A stretch of 64,000 bases of DNA from an uncultured Planctomycetota bacterium (GTDB lineage: Bacteria; Planctomycetota; SKW154; DAOVDS01): assembly GCA_964641955.1 (NCBI GenBank), contig CAZXNM010000010.1, positions 65 to 64,064 of the forward strand, in the 5' to 3' direction. The position numbers and the translations under genes were made by a program. How positions within the stretch are numbered: the first letter of the stretch is position 1; each line of letters opens with the position of its first letter. Of this stretch, positions 36,421 through 45,686 are shown piece after piece. Under the pieces are notes generated by a model, which saw only the letters and a list, made by a program, of their open reading frames with translations, had not been told where the DNA came from and made no database searches.

Positions 36421-36834
36421 GTGGCTCTGCTCGGCAAAGGCGCGAAAGCAAGCGGGGCGATGGCTGTCATCGTCGTTCTCTCGATAATCATCATAACTAC
36501 CGACCTTGCCTCTTACGACCGGAAGGGATTTGTAAAGGTCTTCGGTATCGGCGCTGCAGCGGGCTTCTGCGCAAGTATGTTCGCAACGATGCTTATGAAG
36601 CGCAGGGCCGCAAACCTCAGGCTCAAGAACCTCGTCGTTACCGTCGGGGCGCTCCTGGGAGGTGCCGCCATCCTGTCCGCCGATTCTGTTGCGCTGTACC
36701 TTGCCGGGCAGCCCGGTATTGACCAGAAGGGCGTCTATTTGCTCAACTATGCCATAGGCTACTTTGCGGTCGGCGTGTCCATGGACACAATAAGAGTAAT
36801 AAGAGCAATGCACAGGCAGAACGCCAAGAAATGA
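36421..36834 (+). CDS. Small membrane protein (about 4 transmembrane helices)
   Basis: Hydrophobic segments only, with no recognised family. The start could be the internal ATG. Confidence 0.35.
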   Translation: MALLGKGAKASGAMAVIVVLSIIIITTDLASYDRKGFVKVFGIGAAAGFCASMFATMLMKRRAANLRLKNLVVTVGALLGGAAILSADSVALYLAGQPGIDQKGVYLLNYAIGYFAVGVSMDTIRVIRAMHRQNAKK

Positions 36835-36843
36835 GGTGATAAT

Positions 36844-37464
36844 TTGGAAGAAAAGATTCTCGTCATCCCGAGGGCGAAGCTGTTCGCGGGAATGGAGACC
36901 CCCCAAGGCTTCGGCACGGAAAGCCTCGCGCAGCTTGTCGAGCGCATTCGAGACTTCCACGAGTTCGCCGACCGCAGGGCCGCGGAGGAAGACCCCTCGC
37001 TAAAGCAGATAATCCCCTACATGGTGCTCGTCAGCGACCGGAAGGTCTTCCTGATGCGCCGGTTCGACAACCAGGATGAGGAAAGGCTCAGGAACCTCTA
37101 CTCGCTCGGTGTGGGAGGCCACATAAATCCCGCCGAGGATGCGGGCGAATCGGACATCCTGATGGCGGGGCTCCGGCGCGAGCTTGGCGAAGAGGTACAA
37201 ATCGCGGGCAGCTTCGAGCTTGAACCCGCCGGCTACATTAACGACGAAACCAACGCCGTCGGGCAGGTTCATTTCGGCCTCGCCTACAAGGTTGCAGTTC
37301 AGGGCGAAGCAGCCGAAGTGCGCGAGAAGGACATCATGTCCGGCAGCTTCGTCAGCGTCGAGGAGCTTCAGTCGGCATACCCCGAGATGGAGACCTGGTC
37401 GCAGATTATTTTTAGGAATATCGATGCGTTCGTCCCGGAAGCCTCTCAACCGCAGGGAGAATAG
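36844..37464 (+). CDS. NUDIX-like hydrolase (degenerate Nudix box)
   Basis: GVGGHINPAEDAGESDILMAGLRRELGEEV approximates the Nudix box Gx5Ex7REUxEExGU. Confidence 0.4.
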   Translation: MEEKILVIPRAKLFAGMETPQGFGTESLAQLVERIRDFHEFADRRAAEEDPSLKQIIPYMVLVSDRKVFLMRRFDNQDEERLRNLYSLGVGGHINPAEDAGESDILMAGLRRELGEEVQIAGSFELEPAGYINDETNAVGQVHFGLAYKVAVQGEAAEVREKDIMSGSFVSVEELQSAYPEMETWSQIIFRNIDAFVPEASQPQGE

Positions 37465-37581
37465 CTTATCCGGCGGCTGACCGCATCCTGCGCACCGCCA
37501 GCAGCAGTCCCGCTTGATGTTGCCCTGCACGGCGATGCCGTGTTAATATCTAAGCAAGAACCCACGTAAAGGTATTATGCC

Positions 37582-39351
37582 GTGAGTCTGCTGCGTTATA
37601 TTTCGAGAATCATACTCCTAATTGTCCTGTCGTCTGTCTTGCTGGCGACAGGGCACAGTGTCAATGCACAGGAAAAGGCCTCTGCGCCTGAGATACGCCG
37701 GCAAATCACAGACCTGCTCAAGAGAAGAGATGATGTCAGATTCAGCGATTCCACCATTGACAGTTTCGCAAAGCTGGGCGAGCCGACTGTCGAGAATCTT
37801 GTCAGCGTGTTGAAAAACAACAAAAATCCCATGTTCAGGCTCTATGCCGCAATCGTACTCGGTGCACTCGGTGACAGCCGGGCGGTTGAGCCGCTGATCG
37901 GCGTCCTCGACGACGTCGACGAGAATAGTCGGAGGTATGCAGCTGCATCGCTCGGCATGATAGGCAACCCGAAAGCGGTCAAGGCCCTGGCTGGAGTTCT
38001 TGAAGACAAGGATTCCGGCGTTCGGGTATCTGCCGTGGACGCGCTCGGCAGGATCGGCACTAAGGAAACTTTGAAACCCCTTATCGGCGCCCTGCAGGAT
38101 AAGGACCGGTATGTGCGAATGAGTGCAGCGGAAATGCTGGGCAGGATAGGACGCAGGAGCGCCGCCGCGCCTCTTATACAAGTTCTCAATGACCAAAACG
38201 CGGATGTCCGCGACAAAGCTGCCCGAGCACTTGGCAGGATAAAGGATGCCGCGTGCATCAAGCCGCTGGTCAAGCTGCTGAAGAACGACCTCGAAACTTC
38301 GCAGTATGCAGTAAAGAAAGCTCTGGCTGATGTTGGCGCCACAGCGGTTCCGGCAGTCTTAGAATTCCTTGACTCCCAGAACCCCAAACTGAGAGAGTGC
38401 GCCGCAGAGATACTCGGTCGCATTGGGAATGCCGAATCGGTATCCCGTCTCGTGAAGATACTGAGAGATACCGAGCCTGGTGTATATAAAGCCGCAGCCG
38501 AGGCGCTGGGAAAAATCGGCGACCGGAAGGCTGTCGCACCTCTGATTGACATGCTGAGCGGTCAATATGACAGCCGGCGCCTCGCTGCCGCGCGTGCGCT
38601 TGGAAAGCTGCGCGACAAGTCGGCTGTGAGGCAGCTCGGCCGCATGCTCCTTGACACCAACCCCGAGCTGCGTTCTGCTGCGGCCACGGCCCTCGCGGAA
38701 ATCGGTGACAAGTCGGCAGAGCAATCGCTGAAGGATGCTTTGGGGCGGGAAAAGAAGGCAAGAGAGCCGGACGCCCTGTGTGATATTGCGGCTGCACTCG
38801 TGAAAATCAGCGGCAGCAGCAAAGCGCTCGAATACATCAAGAAACAGCTCAAGACCGGCGGCGTGAAGGAGCGCCGCAGAGCGCTCCACGCCCTGGCGCG
38901 AACGGGAAAGACGGAGGCGGTCACCCCGATACTGGAAATAGCCAAATCGGGCAAAGGGTTAGACAAGTTGGAAGCTGTTTATACCCTCGGTAATGTGCGT
39001 GACAAAAGGGCAGTCGAGACATTGATAGAGGTGCTTAACGACAAATCCTCGTCCTCTCACTGCAGAGATGGTGCAGCATTCGCCCTGGGCAAGGTTGGCG
39101 ACAGGGCGGCAGTCGAACCTCTTATCCGGACCATTGACAGCGAGAGTTCATTTCCTCTAGCAGATAATATCACAGCACTCGGGAAACTGGGCGACAAGAA
39201 GGCAGTAGAGCCGCTTATCGAGGCGCTGAGGCATTCGGACGATCACGTCTACTCCGCGGCGGCTGAGGCGCTCAGGAAGCTCACAAGCGAGAATCACGGC
39301 GAAAGTTACTACAGATGGAAACAATGGTTCAAGAATCGTAAGGACAAGTAG
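37582..39351 (+). CDS. Secreted HEAT-repeat (PBS-lyase type) protein, about 16 repeats
   Basis: GTG start, signal peptide (LLIVLSSVLLATGHSVNA). Repeated xxVRxxAAxALGxIGDxxAVxPLIxxLxD units throughout the 589-aa product. Confidence 0.7.
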   Translation: MSLLRYISRIILLIVLSSVLLATGHSVNAQEKASAPEIRRQITDLLKRRDDVRFSDSTIDSFAKLGEPTVENLVSVLKNNKNPMFRLYAAIVLGALGDSRAVEPLIGVLDDVDENSRRYAAASLGMIGNPKAVKALAGVLEDKDSGVRVSAVDALGRIGTKETLKPLIGALQDKDRYVRMSAAEMLGRIGRRSAAAPLIQVLNDQNADVRDKAARALGRIKDAACIKPLVKLLKNDLETSQYAVKKALADVGATAVPAVLEFLDSQNPKLRECAAEILGRIGNAESVSRLVKILRDTEPGVYKAAAEALGKIGDRKAVAPLIDMLSGQYDSRRLAAARALGKLRDKSAVRQLGRMLLDTNPELRSAAATALAEIGDKSAEQSLKDALGREKKAREPDALCDIAAALVKISGSSKALEYIKKQLKTGGVKERRRALHALARTGKTEAVTPILEIAKSGKGLDKLEAVYTLGNVRDKRAVETLIEVLNDKSSSSHCRDGAAFALGKVGDRAAVEPLIRTIDSESSFPLADNITALGKLGDKKAVEPLIEALRHSDDHVYSAAAEALRKLTSENHGESYYRWKQWFKNRKDK

Positions 39352-39356
39352 CCCGG

Positions 39357-40217
39357 CTACAGCACTGCCGCCGTCTTTCTTCGCGACACAAGCAGCAGAC
39401 CGAAAGCGCCGGCAAGGAAAACGACACTCGACCATCCGGAAGGAGCCTCGGGAGACAGCGCGCAGCCGCTCTTCTTGCTCCTCGGCAGGAGCGCAGCCTT
39501 CGCCGCAGCCCAGGCATTGTACTCGTCGCGCAGCGTGTCAATCGGGTCTTCGCTGCCAGCGGCCTCCGGGGTCGAGGGAACATCTATATCCAGGTACGGA
39601 CTTGCGCCATCGCCCGGTTTCAGCACCGTGATGAACGCCGACAGGGCCGTCTTACCGTAGGAAGTGCAACGCGCATCCCCGCCGGCATCATCGCCAGCCT
39701 CCAGCACCGCCATGAGCCGTTTGGCAAGGCTGCCGCTCGTGCCCCTGAACGCAGTCTCCATATCGTCGAGCACGGTCTGGTCTACCAGGATGTTGCCTTG
39801 CACGGAGTACACGAAGTCGCCGATTGTCCCGGTGCGATGGCCTTTCTCGGCGTCGGCGTTGCTCCCTGTGAACGCATCCACCCTGCCCTCCAGGTCAACT
39901 ATCCCATACTGGCGCCACTGGTGATTGGCATCCTCTATCGCGAGCTGTGCTATAATCTCAGCAGGTGTGTAGCCGAGCTGCATGAGTTCCCGGGCTCTAT
40001 CGCGGTATGTCGGGCTGAGGTATGCCTGCGCCGCGATTGCACCCACGCCCTCGACCAGGGCGCGAAGCATCGAGCAGTTGTCAATTCACGATGCGCCCGC
40101 AATCCCGACCTCGCCGGTCCGCAGATTCACTCCAACAACCGAATAAGTCGCGTACGCGGGCGCACACATCGCTATCACAAGCACGACCGCACCGCCGATT
40201 AATGTAATCCGCCTCAT
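39357..40217 (-). pseudogene. DUF1028-family (Ntn-hydrolase-like) gene interrupted by an in-frame TGA at 40086-40088; signal peptide plus PEP-CTERM-like tail
   Basis: ATG at 40217 (GGAGG at spacing 6) gives MRRITLIGGAVVLVIAMCAPAYA|TYSVVGVNLRTGEVGIAGAS, then TGA. The same frame continues IDNCSMLRALVEGVGAIAAQAYLSP... to 39357 and is colinear with DUF1028 (TFSIVA..TGE.GVAVASK..AVG...AGVGAIATQ). C-terminus: ...SPEAPSGWSSVVFLAGAFGLLLVSRRK.... Confidence 0.5.
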
Positions 40218-40315
40218 GAAACACCTCCCATCCCTTGTACACATCCCAAGCGGTTTTGTTCCATATCAGGCAGGCTGCACTGGACAAGCGCAGTTCCATC
40301 GAGTAGCCTGAGTAC

Positions 40316-40831
40316 ATGGCTGACTCCAAGACTATTTTCATTGTTGGGCCGAGGTTTTCGGGGAAGAGCCGGTTTGTCGAGAATCTCCTGCCGGAGATGC
40401 GCGACAGCGGCCTGAAGCTCACAGGCTTCCTGCAGCGTGGAATCTTCGACGAGGTTGGCGTGAAGGTCGGATATGACCTTGTAAGCGTTGAAGATGGGTC
40501 TACCATCCCTCTTGCCCGGCGTGCCGCGCCGGACAGCCTGTGGGAGTTCCGCAACGAAGCGTTCGATAAAGCCGCCGGACTCGTGCGTGAAGACGCCGAT
40601 GTCTGCATCCTCGATGAAATCGGCCCGCTCGAACTCTCGGGCGGCGGACACGCCGAGACTATGCGCCGGGCGCTTTCGACAGGTGCCGCAGTGATTATCG
40701 TGGTGCGCGAAGAACTCGAAGAGCATCTTCTCAAGCTCATCCCGGACACGCGGGACGTTCACGTCGTACACTTCTCGCCGGGAACCGAAGATGAGTCAAG
40801 TCGGCGGATTCTCTCTCTTCTTCTGGCTTGA
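40316..40831 (+). CDS. THEP1/DUF2478-like P-loop NTPase
   Basis: Walker A variant IFIVGPRFSGKS and the Walker B/THEP1 motif ILDEIGPLEL. 171 aa. Confidence 0.55.
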   Translation: MADSKTIFIVGPRFSGKSRFVENLLPEMRDSGLKLTGFLQRGIFDEVGVKVGYDLVSVEDGSTIPLARRAAPDSLWEFRNEAFDKAAGLVREDADVCILDEIGPLELSGGGHAETMRRALSTGAAVIIVVREELEEHLLKLIPDTRDVHVVHFSPGTEDESSRRILSLLLA

Positions 40832-40889
40832 CGCTGCAGCGTAACGCTATATAATGCATATCTTCACATCCAGCTTAAAGGAGCGGAAC

Positions 40890-41600
40890 ATGAGGAAACT
40901 TGCCCTGATTTCTGTTGTACTTGTGCTTTCGACTGCGGTGCTGGGATGCTCGAAGAGGGAATTTTATTCCGACGCTTCGGACCGCTACTACTCTGCAATG
41001 CTCGGGCCAGTCGCGGACTGCGAGTATCCGGTGCTGACCTTCAGGATGCCGGACGGCTCGCTCAAAGAGCTTGACATAAACGGCATTCCGACGCGCAGCT
41101 TCTGGGGCGCGCAGCTTATATGCCAGTCCTGTAACGACCCGGCAAACTGGAAAGTCCTGAGGCGGCAGGGCGTCAGCCTCGCTGTGATTTTCGAAGCCGC
41201 CGGAATCGACCTCCCTGATTCGACGCCCGTTAACTTCATTGGTCGCGACGGCTGGGACCCGTGGCGTACGGTGCTGGGCTGCAACCCCGACAAGCTCATG
41301 ACCTTCGGCTACCTGCGTGAGAACACTTACATCTACGTCGGCAGCCCGGGCTTGAAAGACCCGTCGCTTCCGGTTGACGCTCCCGGCAACTACGCCAAGG
41401 ACCCGCTCTACCCCGCGATGGAGGGGAAGAGTCTCTGCCTCGGCTTCGATTTCGAGACAGTAGAGGGCGCCCAGGCGGAAGCTTACATCTGGGGCATGGA
41501 ATGTCCCGCGGAAGGGTGCTTCGGGCAATACCGATACAGCATGCTCGAGAAATACTCCGGGTCGATGCGCGGCATTATCGAGATTGACCCGCAGCCGTAG
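40890..41600 (+). CDS. Hypothetical Cys-rich lipoprotein
   Basis: ATG at 40890 with AAGGAG at spacing 6. MRKLALISVVLVLSTAVLGC lipobox. Confidence 0.45.
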   Translation: MRKLALISVVLVLSTAVLGCSKREFYSDASDRYYSAMLGPVADCEYPVLTFRMPDGSLKELDINGIPTRSFWGAQLICQSCNDPANWKVLRRQGVSLAVIFEAAGIDLPDSTPVNFIGRDGWDPWRTVLGCNPDKLMTFGYLRENTYIYVGSPGLKDPSLPVDAPGNYAKDPLYPAMEGKSLCLGFDFETVEGAQAEAYIWGMECPAEGCFGQYRYSMLEKYSGSMRGIIEIDPQP

Positions 41601-41606
41601 CAGGTT

Positions 41607-42431
41607 TTAAGAAGGATACCTGCCCGCCATCATTATCATGGCCCGGACTATGCGGTAAGCCTCCCGGTAGTTGGGCGCTGTGTACGACACGGTCGCAGCC
41701 GACTTCCTTTCCGTTCCCGGAATCATAGCAGCGCAGTCAGCCATGCCGGTGCGCACGAAATCGACTTCTACAGCGACCTTACCCTCGATAACCACCGGTG
41801 CGACAAAGACCCTCTCACTGAGGGCTTTCCTGGCGGTTTCTGCAATTTGCCGGCATGCCTCGGTCGGGTGCAGGCTCTCGGCCGCCACGCTCCCGATACC
41901 ACGCTTGGTCTGTGCAGTCAGAATCTCCGGGAAGAGTTCCTTTGCCTCTCTACAGACTGCCTCATCGCCTGCCACCATGACGACCGGGACGCCGAAGCTG
42001 CCGGCGAGCGCGGCGTTCAGGCCTGTCTCGCCAGTGGGCTTGCCGTTAATTGTTATGCCGTGGACGTGGCGGCCGCTTATGGTGTGGTTCAGCACACCGT
42101 CAGCCGTGCCGCGCATCGAGTGGTAGCCTGCGAACATCGCAGCGTTGAAGGAGTCATCCAATCCCTGCATCATGCCCAGCGGCCGCAGGTCGCCCTGGAT
42201 TAACCTCACCATTTCCGGCAGTTCTTCGTGCAGCAGGTTGGTGCCCCCGCCGTGGGCATCGTTTACGACGATTTCTTTCGCACCGGCTTCGATGGCGCCG
42301 TTCGCAGCGGCGGCAACCTCGCCTGTCATGAGCTTCCGTGCGCGCTCGTAATCGAAACCTTCCCTCGTGGTCTGCTTCCCCAGCATGATGCCGCTCACAC
42401 CTTCAATATCCGCCGAGATATACACCTTCAT
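41607..42431 (-). CDS. dppA: D-aminopeptidase DppA (peptidase M55)
   Basis: MKVYISADIEGVSGI... with M55 family motifs. 274 aa. Confidence 0.75.
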   Translation of the reverse strand: MKVYISADIEGVSGIMLGKQTTREGFDYERARKLMTGEVAAAANGAIEAGAKEIVVNDAHGGGTNLLHEELPEMVRLIQGDLRPLGMMQGLDDSFNAAMFAGYHSMRGTADGVLNHTISGRHVHGITINGKPTGETGLNAALAGSFGVPVVMVAGDEAVCREAKELFPEILTAQTKRGIGSVAAESLHPTEACRQIAETARKALSERVFVAPVVIEGKVAVEVDFVRTGMADCAAMIPGTERKSAATVSYTAPNYREAYRIVRAMIMMAGRYPS

Positions 42432-43762
42432 TTCGATTTCTCCTCTTTTTCCTCATTTCCCGGAATGCCCCAGAGAATGATACAGTTTGTTTCGGAACCA
42501 GAGCCGTGATAGATTGCTGTCCGGCTTGTACTGCTGCCGATTCCTGCCGCAAGGAACCTGCCATCGCGACTGAAATCAAGAGAAAGGACAAAAGGCGGGT
42601 TCTCATTATCCGCACATGGAACAAGTGTCCGCAGGCATTCGCCTGTAACCGTATCCCACATGCGAATATTCTTGCCCTGACAACCTGCGGCAAGTATCCG
42701 GCCCTTGGGATAGAATGCCAGAGATGGCGATCCTGCGTCTATTGGATGGTACTCGCCAAGCTTGTGACAGCGTTTACCGGTACGCCAGTTCCAGAGCAGC
42801 ACAAGGCCGTCCTCGCACGCCGCGCCAAGCAGACTGCCATCCGGGCTGAATCTGATGTTGTAGATGGTTGCCTCCCGGTGAGAAATTGCCTCGCCTTCAA
42901 GTGTCCGGATGCATCTCCCGGTTTCGACATCCCATATCTTTACCTGGTCGTAGTCATCCGAAGAAGCAACAGCCTTGCCGTCAGGGCTGAATACGACACA
43001 GCATGCCGCCTCCTCGTGGCCGGTTAGAGTCTTGACATGGTCCCATGTACTCGTGTTCCATATATGTACGACTCCCTCATCAAACCCACCGCAGGAAGCT
43101 AGCAGTTTTCCATCCGGACTGAAAGCTACGGACCTCATTTTATTCTTACATTTCAGAATCTGAAGGCATCTTCCGGTATCGGCATTCCAGACGTTCACTG
43201 CTTTGTCCGCCCCAGCGGATGCAATTAGCCTTCCGTCGGGGCTGAAAACAGCGGAGTACGCTCCTCCTTTGTGTGCACTCATCAAGCGGGTACATCTGCC
43301 AGTCGCAATATCCCATACCCTTACAGTCTCATCTTCGCTTGCACTTACAAGCAGCTTCCCATCCGGGCTGAAGGCAACCGAATAGACCGGCTTGCAGTGC
43401 TCACGAAGTGTTTGCAGCTTCTGCAGATATTTCCAGGGGTATAAATACTGGTCAAGCACTGCTTTAATACGATAGCGGACTTCAGCATCATGTAATTCAT
43501 CAGAGCGCTTTTGAAGGAATGCTACAAGTTCTTTGCGAATTTCAAATGCTTCTTTCAGAAGAACGCATAAAGCTTTTGTCGCCTCTTCGCGGGTTTTATA
43601 GTCCTCCGAAGCCATTTCCATGAGCAGTTTGTCGGCCTGGGATTTTAGTTCGTTGAGGGTTATTTTCCGCGGGGATGAGTCCTGCGGTTCTGGAATGTTC
43701 GGTGACTGGGTGCAGGCACCAAGTATGAATGCACAGACGGTAATTTCCAGGAACTGTCTCAA
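42428..43762 (-). CDS. WD40-repeat lipoprotein (7 WD repeats) with an N-terminal helical region
   Basis: Repeated SVAFSPDGKLLAS.G.D..V.IW units. The ORF track extends to 43891. An in-frame TTG at 43762 preceded by AGAGG gives M-RQFLEITVCAFILGAC (signal plus lipobox). The 3' end overlaps the dppA start by 4 nt. Confidence 0.65.
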   Translation of the reverse strand: MRQFLEITVCAFILGACTQSPNIPEPQDSSPRKITLNELKSQADKLLMEMASEDYKTREEATKALCVLLKEAFEIRKELVAFLQKRSDELHDAEVRYRIKAVLDQYLYPWKYLQKLQTLREHCKPVYSVAFSPDGKLLVSASEDETVRVWDIATGRCTRLMSAHKGGAYSAVFSPDGRLIASAGADKAVNVWNADTGRCLQILKCKNKMRSVAFSPDGKLLASCGGFDEGVVHIWNTSTWDHVKTLTGHEEAACCVVFSPDGKAVASSDDYDQVKIWDVETGRCIRTLEGEAISHREATIYNIRFSPDGSLLGAACEDGLVLLWNWRTGKRCHKLGEYHPIDAGSPSLAFYPKGRILAAGCQGKNIRMWDTVTGECLRTLVPCADNENPPFVLSLDFSRDGRFLAAGIGSSTSRTAIYHGSGSETNCIILWGIPGNEEKEEKSK

Positions 43763-43777
43763 CGCAACCTCTATTCG

Positions 43778-44877
43778 TTGAGCAAACGGTCGTATTTGGC
43801 GGCTTCCCTGATTTTTTCCATGACGTCGATGCCCTGTGTGCATTTCTCCACGCACTCGCCGCACTGCGAGCATTCGGCGGCCGGCTTCCACTTCTCGTTC
43901 TTCCTGATAAACGGCACGAGATCGCGGAAGTACTCCTTAGCCGCCTCCTCGCCCGCAACGCGCTCGCGGTCGAGAGTTCTGACATAGAAGAAGATGGGCA
44001 CGCCGGAAGGACACGGCATGCAGTAGCCGCAGGAGGTGCAGAATTTCTCTCCGAGCGCCTCGAACTGCGCGCGAATCTTCTGAACTGTCTCCTCGTCGGG
44101 CTCGACATCGACCTCGGCTGCCGCGACATTCTCCTCGACCTCGGCAATCCTGCCCATGCCGGATAGCGCGACAGTCAGGCCGGGAGTCGCGAAATTGTGG
44201 CGAAGTGCGGTCGCTATGAGCGACTCGCCCTCCCCTGCGGCGTCGGAGAAGAACTCCCTGCCTTGCGGCACGAGGCCGCCGGCGAGCGAATTCATGGAGA
44301 CCGCGCCTATGCCCGCCTCGCGTGCGGCATCAATCCCCTCGCGCCGGAAGGGTGCGTTAATCACGTTGTAGCCCATTGTCACGCCTTCGAAAAGGCCCGT
44401 TTCTATAATGCGGCGGATGACATCGCCGGGCGCGTGGGTCGTGAAGCAGATATGGCGAATCAGCCCTTCCTCTTTCGCCTTGACCGCTCCTTCATAAGGC
44501 CCGCCGGGTGCGGTCACCTTCTCGAACTGTTCCCACGAGGCGATGTTCCACATCTGGTAGAACTCGATGCGGTCGGTCCGGAACTGTTCGAGCGATTCCT
44601 CGAGCCGCTTGCGCATTTCCCCGGCGGTCGCATCGCGCCCGATATGCGACTTCGTGGACAAGTAAGTCCTATCCCGGATTCCTTCGAGAGCTTGCCCGAT
44701 AAGCCCTTCGCTGCGGTCGTCGCAGTAGCCGGGCGCGGTGTCTATGTAGTTTATACCCAGCTCGACCGCCCGCCTGACGACGGCGATCGCTTCATCATCA
44801 TCGTCGGTGAAACGCATCCCGCCGAAACCAAGCACCGAGACTTCCTTGCCTGTTTTACCGAATGCCTTGTACCTCAT
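43778..44877 (-). CDS. Aldo/keto reductase fused to a C-terminal Fe-S (ferredoxin-like) domain
   Basis: AKR core (GFGGMRF, YIDTAPGY) plus a C-terminal Cys-rich tail (CTSCGYCMPCP ... CSQCGECVEKC). Confidence 0.75.
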
Positions 44878-45001
44878 CGCTAACCCGCCCTGCCAAGAAT
44901 TATTGAGTAATCCAGTGTATCTAACGGTTCGCGGCAGCAGGATGCAAGCGTCTTTATGGAGCTATTGAGAGAATGGCTGGCAGTATGAGGAGTTCGGAGT
45001 T

Positions 45002-45547
45002 CTATTTGTGCCGTCGGGGTATCTCGCCCGAGTCCCTAGTCTGAATGGTAAGCGCTTTCCGGAGCTGCTCGCGCGTAAGCTTGCCGACGGCAAGCAGGAG
45101 TTCGCCGAGGCGCGGGCTTATGCCTGTCTCTCGCAGGATTTCCTGGCGCTGCAGCGCATGCTTGAGCGTCGCCTCGTCTATGTAGGCACATTCCACGAGA
45201 ATTTCGCCCAAAAGCCTTCTTCCCGTGCTTTCGGAGGCCTGTTTACTGGTGAAGTCGCCCATCTTCTCCTGAATTGACAGAACCTCGGAGACCTGCTCTT
45301 CTGTCATCTTGCCGCGCTCCAGCATAATGTCGCCGAGCTGGCGCGGCTTCTTGGATTCCTGCTGTGCTTCGAGGCAATCGTCAAGCTGTTCCTTGCTTAT
45401 CATGCCCATGCTCAGCGCAATCATGCCGAAGAGCCTTCTGCTGGGTGACTTGCCGCTGGCCAAAGCTGCCTCCATTACACTCGGATACCGTACTAGTCGC
45501 CGAATACTATATGCTGAAAAAACCGGAATGTCAAGATTCTCGGCCAT
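45002..45547 (-). CDS. Protein built of four tandem MshEN/T2SSE_N-like motifs (predicted c-di-GMP binding)
   Basis: RLFGMIALSMGMISKEQLDDCLEAQ, RQLGDIMLERGKMTEEQVSEVLSIQ, RRLLGEILVECAYIDEATLKHALQRQ and PRLGELLLAVGKLTREQLRKALTIQ each match RLGxxLLxxGLIxxxxLxxxLxxQ. ATG at 45547; the track's upstream extension is antisense to the neighbouring gene. Confidence 0.5.
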   Translation of the reverse strand: MAENLDIPVFSAYSIRRLVRYPSVMEAALASGKSPSRRLFGMIALSMGMISKEQLDDCLEAQQESKKPRQLGDIMLERGKMTEEQVSEVLSIQEKMGDFTSKQASESTGRRLLGEILVECAYIDEATLKHALQRQEILRETGISPRLGELLLAVGKLTREQLRKALTIQTRDSGEIPRRHK

Positions 45548-45603
45548 ATTAGAGGATGGCTGCAGCCTTGCACAAACGCCGGCGCAGTCTTCCCGGTTTG
45601 TGC

Positions 45604-45632
45604 TTGCATCATCCGGTGGAGAATTGTAATCT
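45604..45632 (+). promoter_or_regulatory. Candidate sigma70 promoter (TTGCAT-N17-TAATCT) for the tandem paralog operon
   Basis: Hexamers read from sequence. About 50 nt upstream of the ATG at 45687, which has GGAGAGGAG at spacing 6. Confidence 0.4.
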
Positions 45633-45686
45633 CGGTGCAAATTTGTCACCAAGAACGGTAATAAACAAACCGGAGAGGAGAATTCC

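Noticed and set aside
40080-40095. Selenocysteine or genome-wide TGA reassignment as the explanation for the in-frame TGA codons
   Set aside because: The TGA aligns with Lys/Arg, not Cys, in DUF1028, and no convincing SECIS hairpin follows. Several confident genes here (nadA, apt, lolD and the sigma factor) terminate at TGA, so TGA is a genuine stop in this genome.
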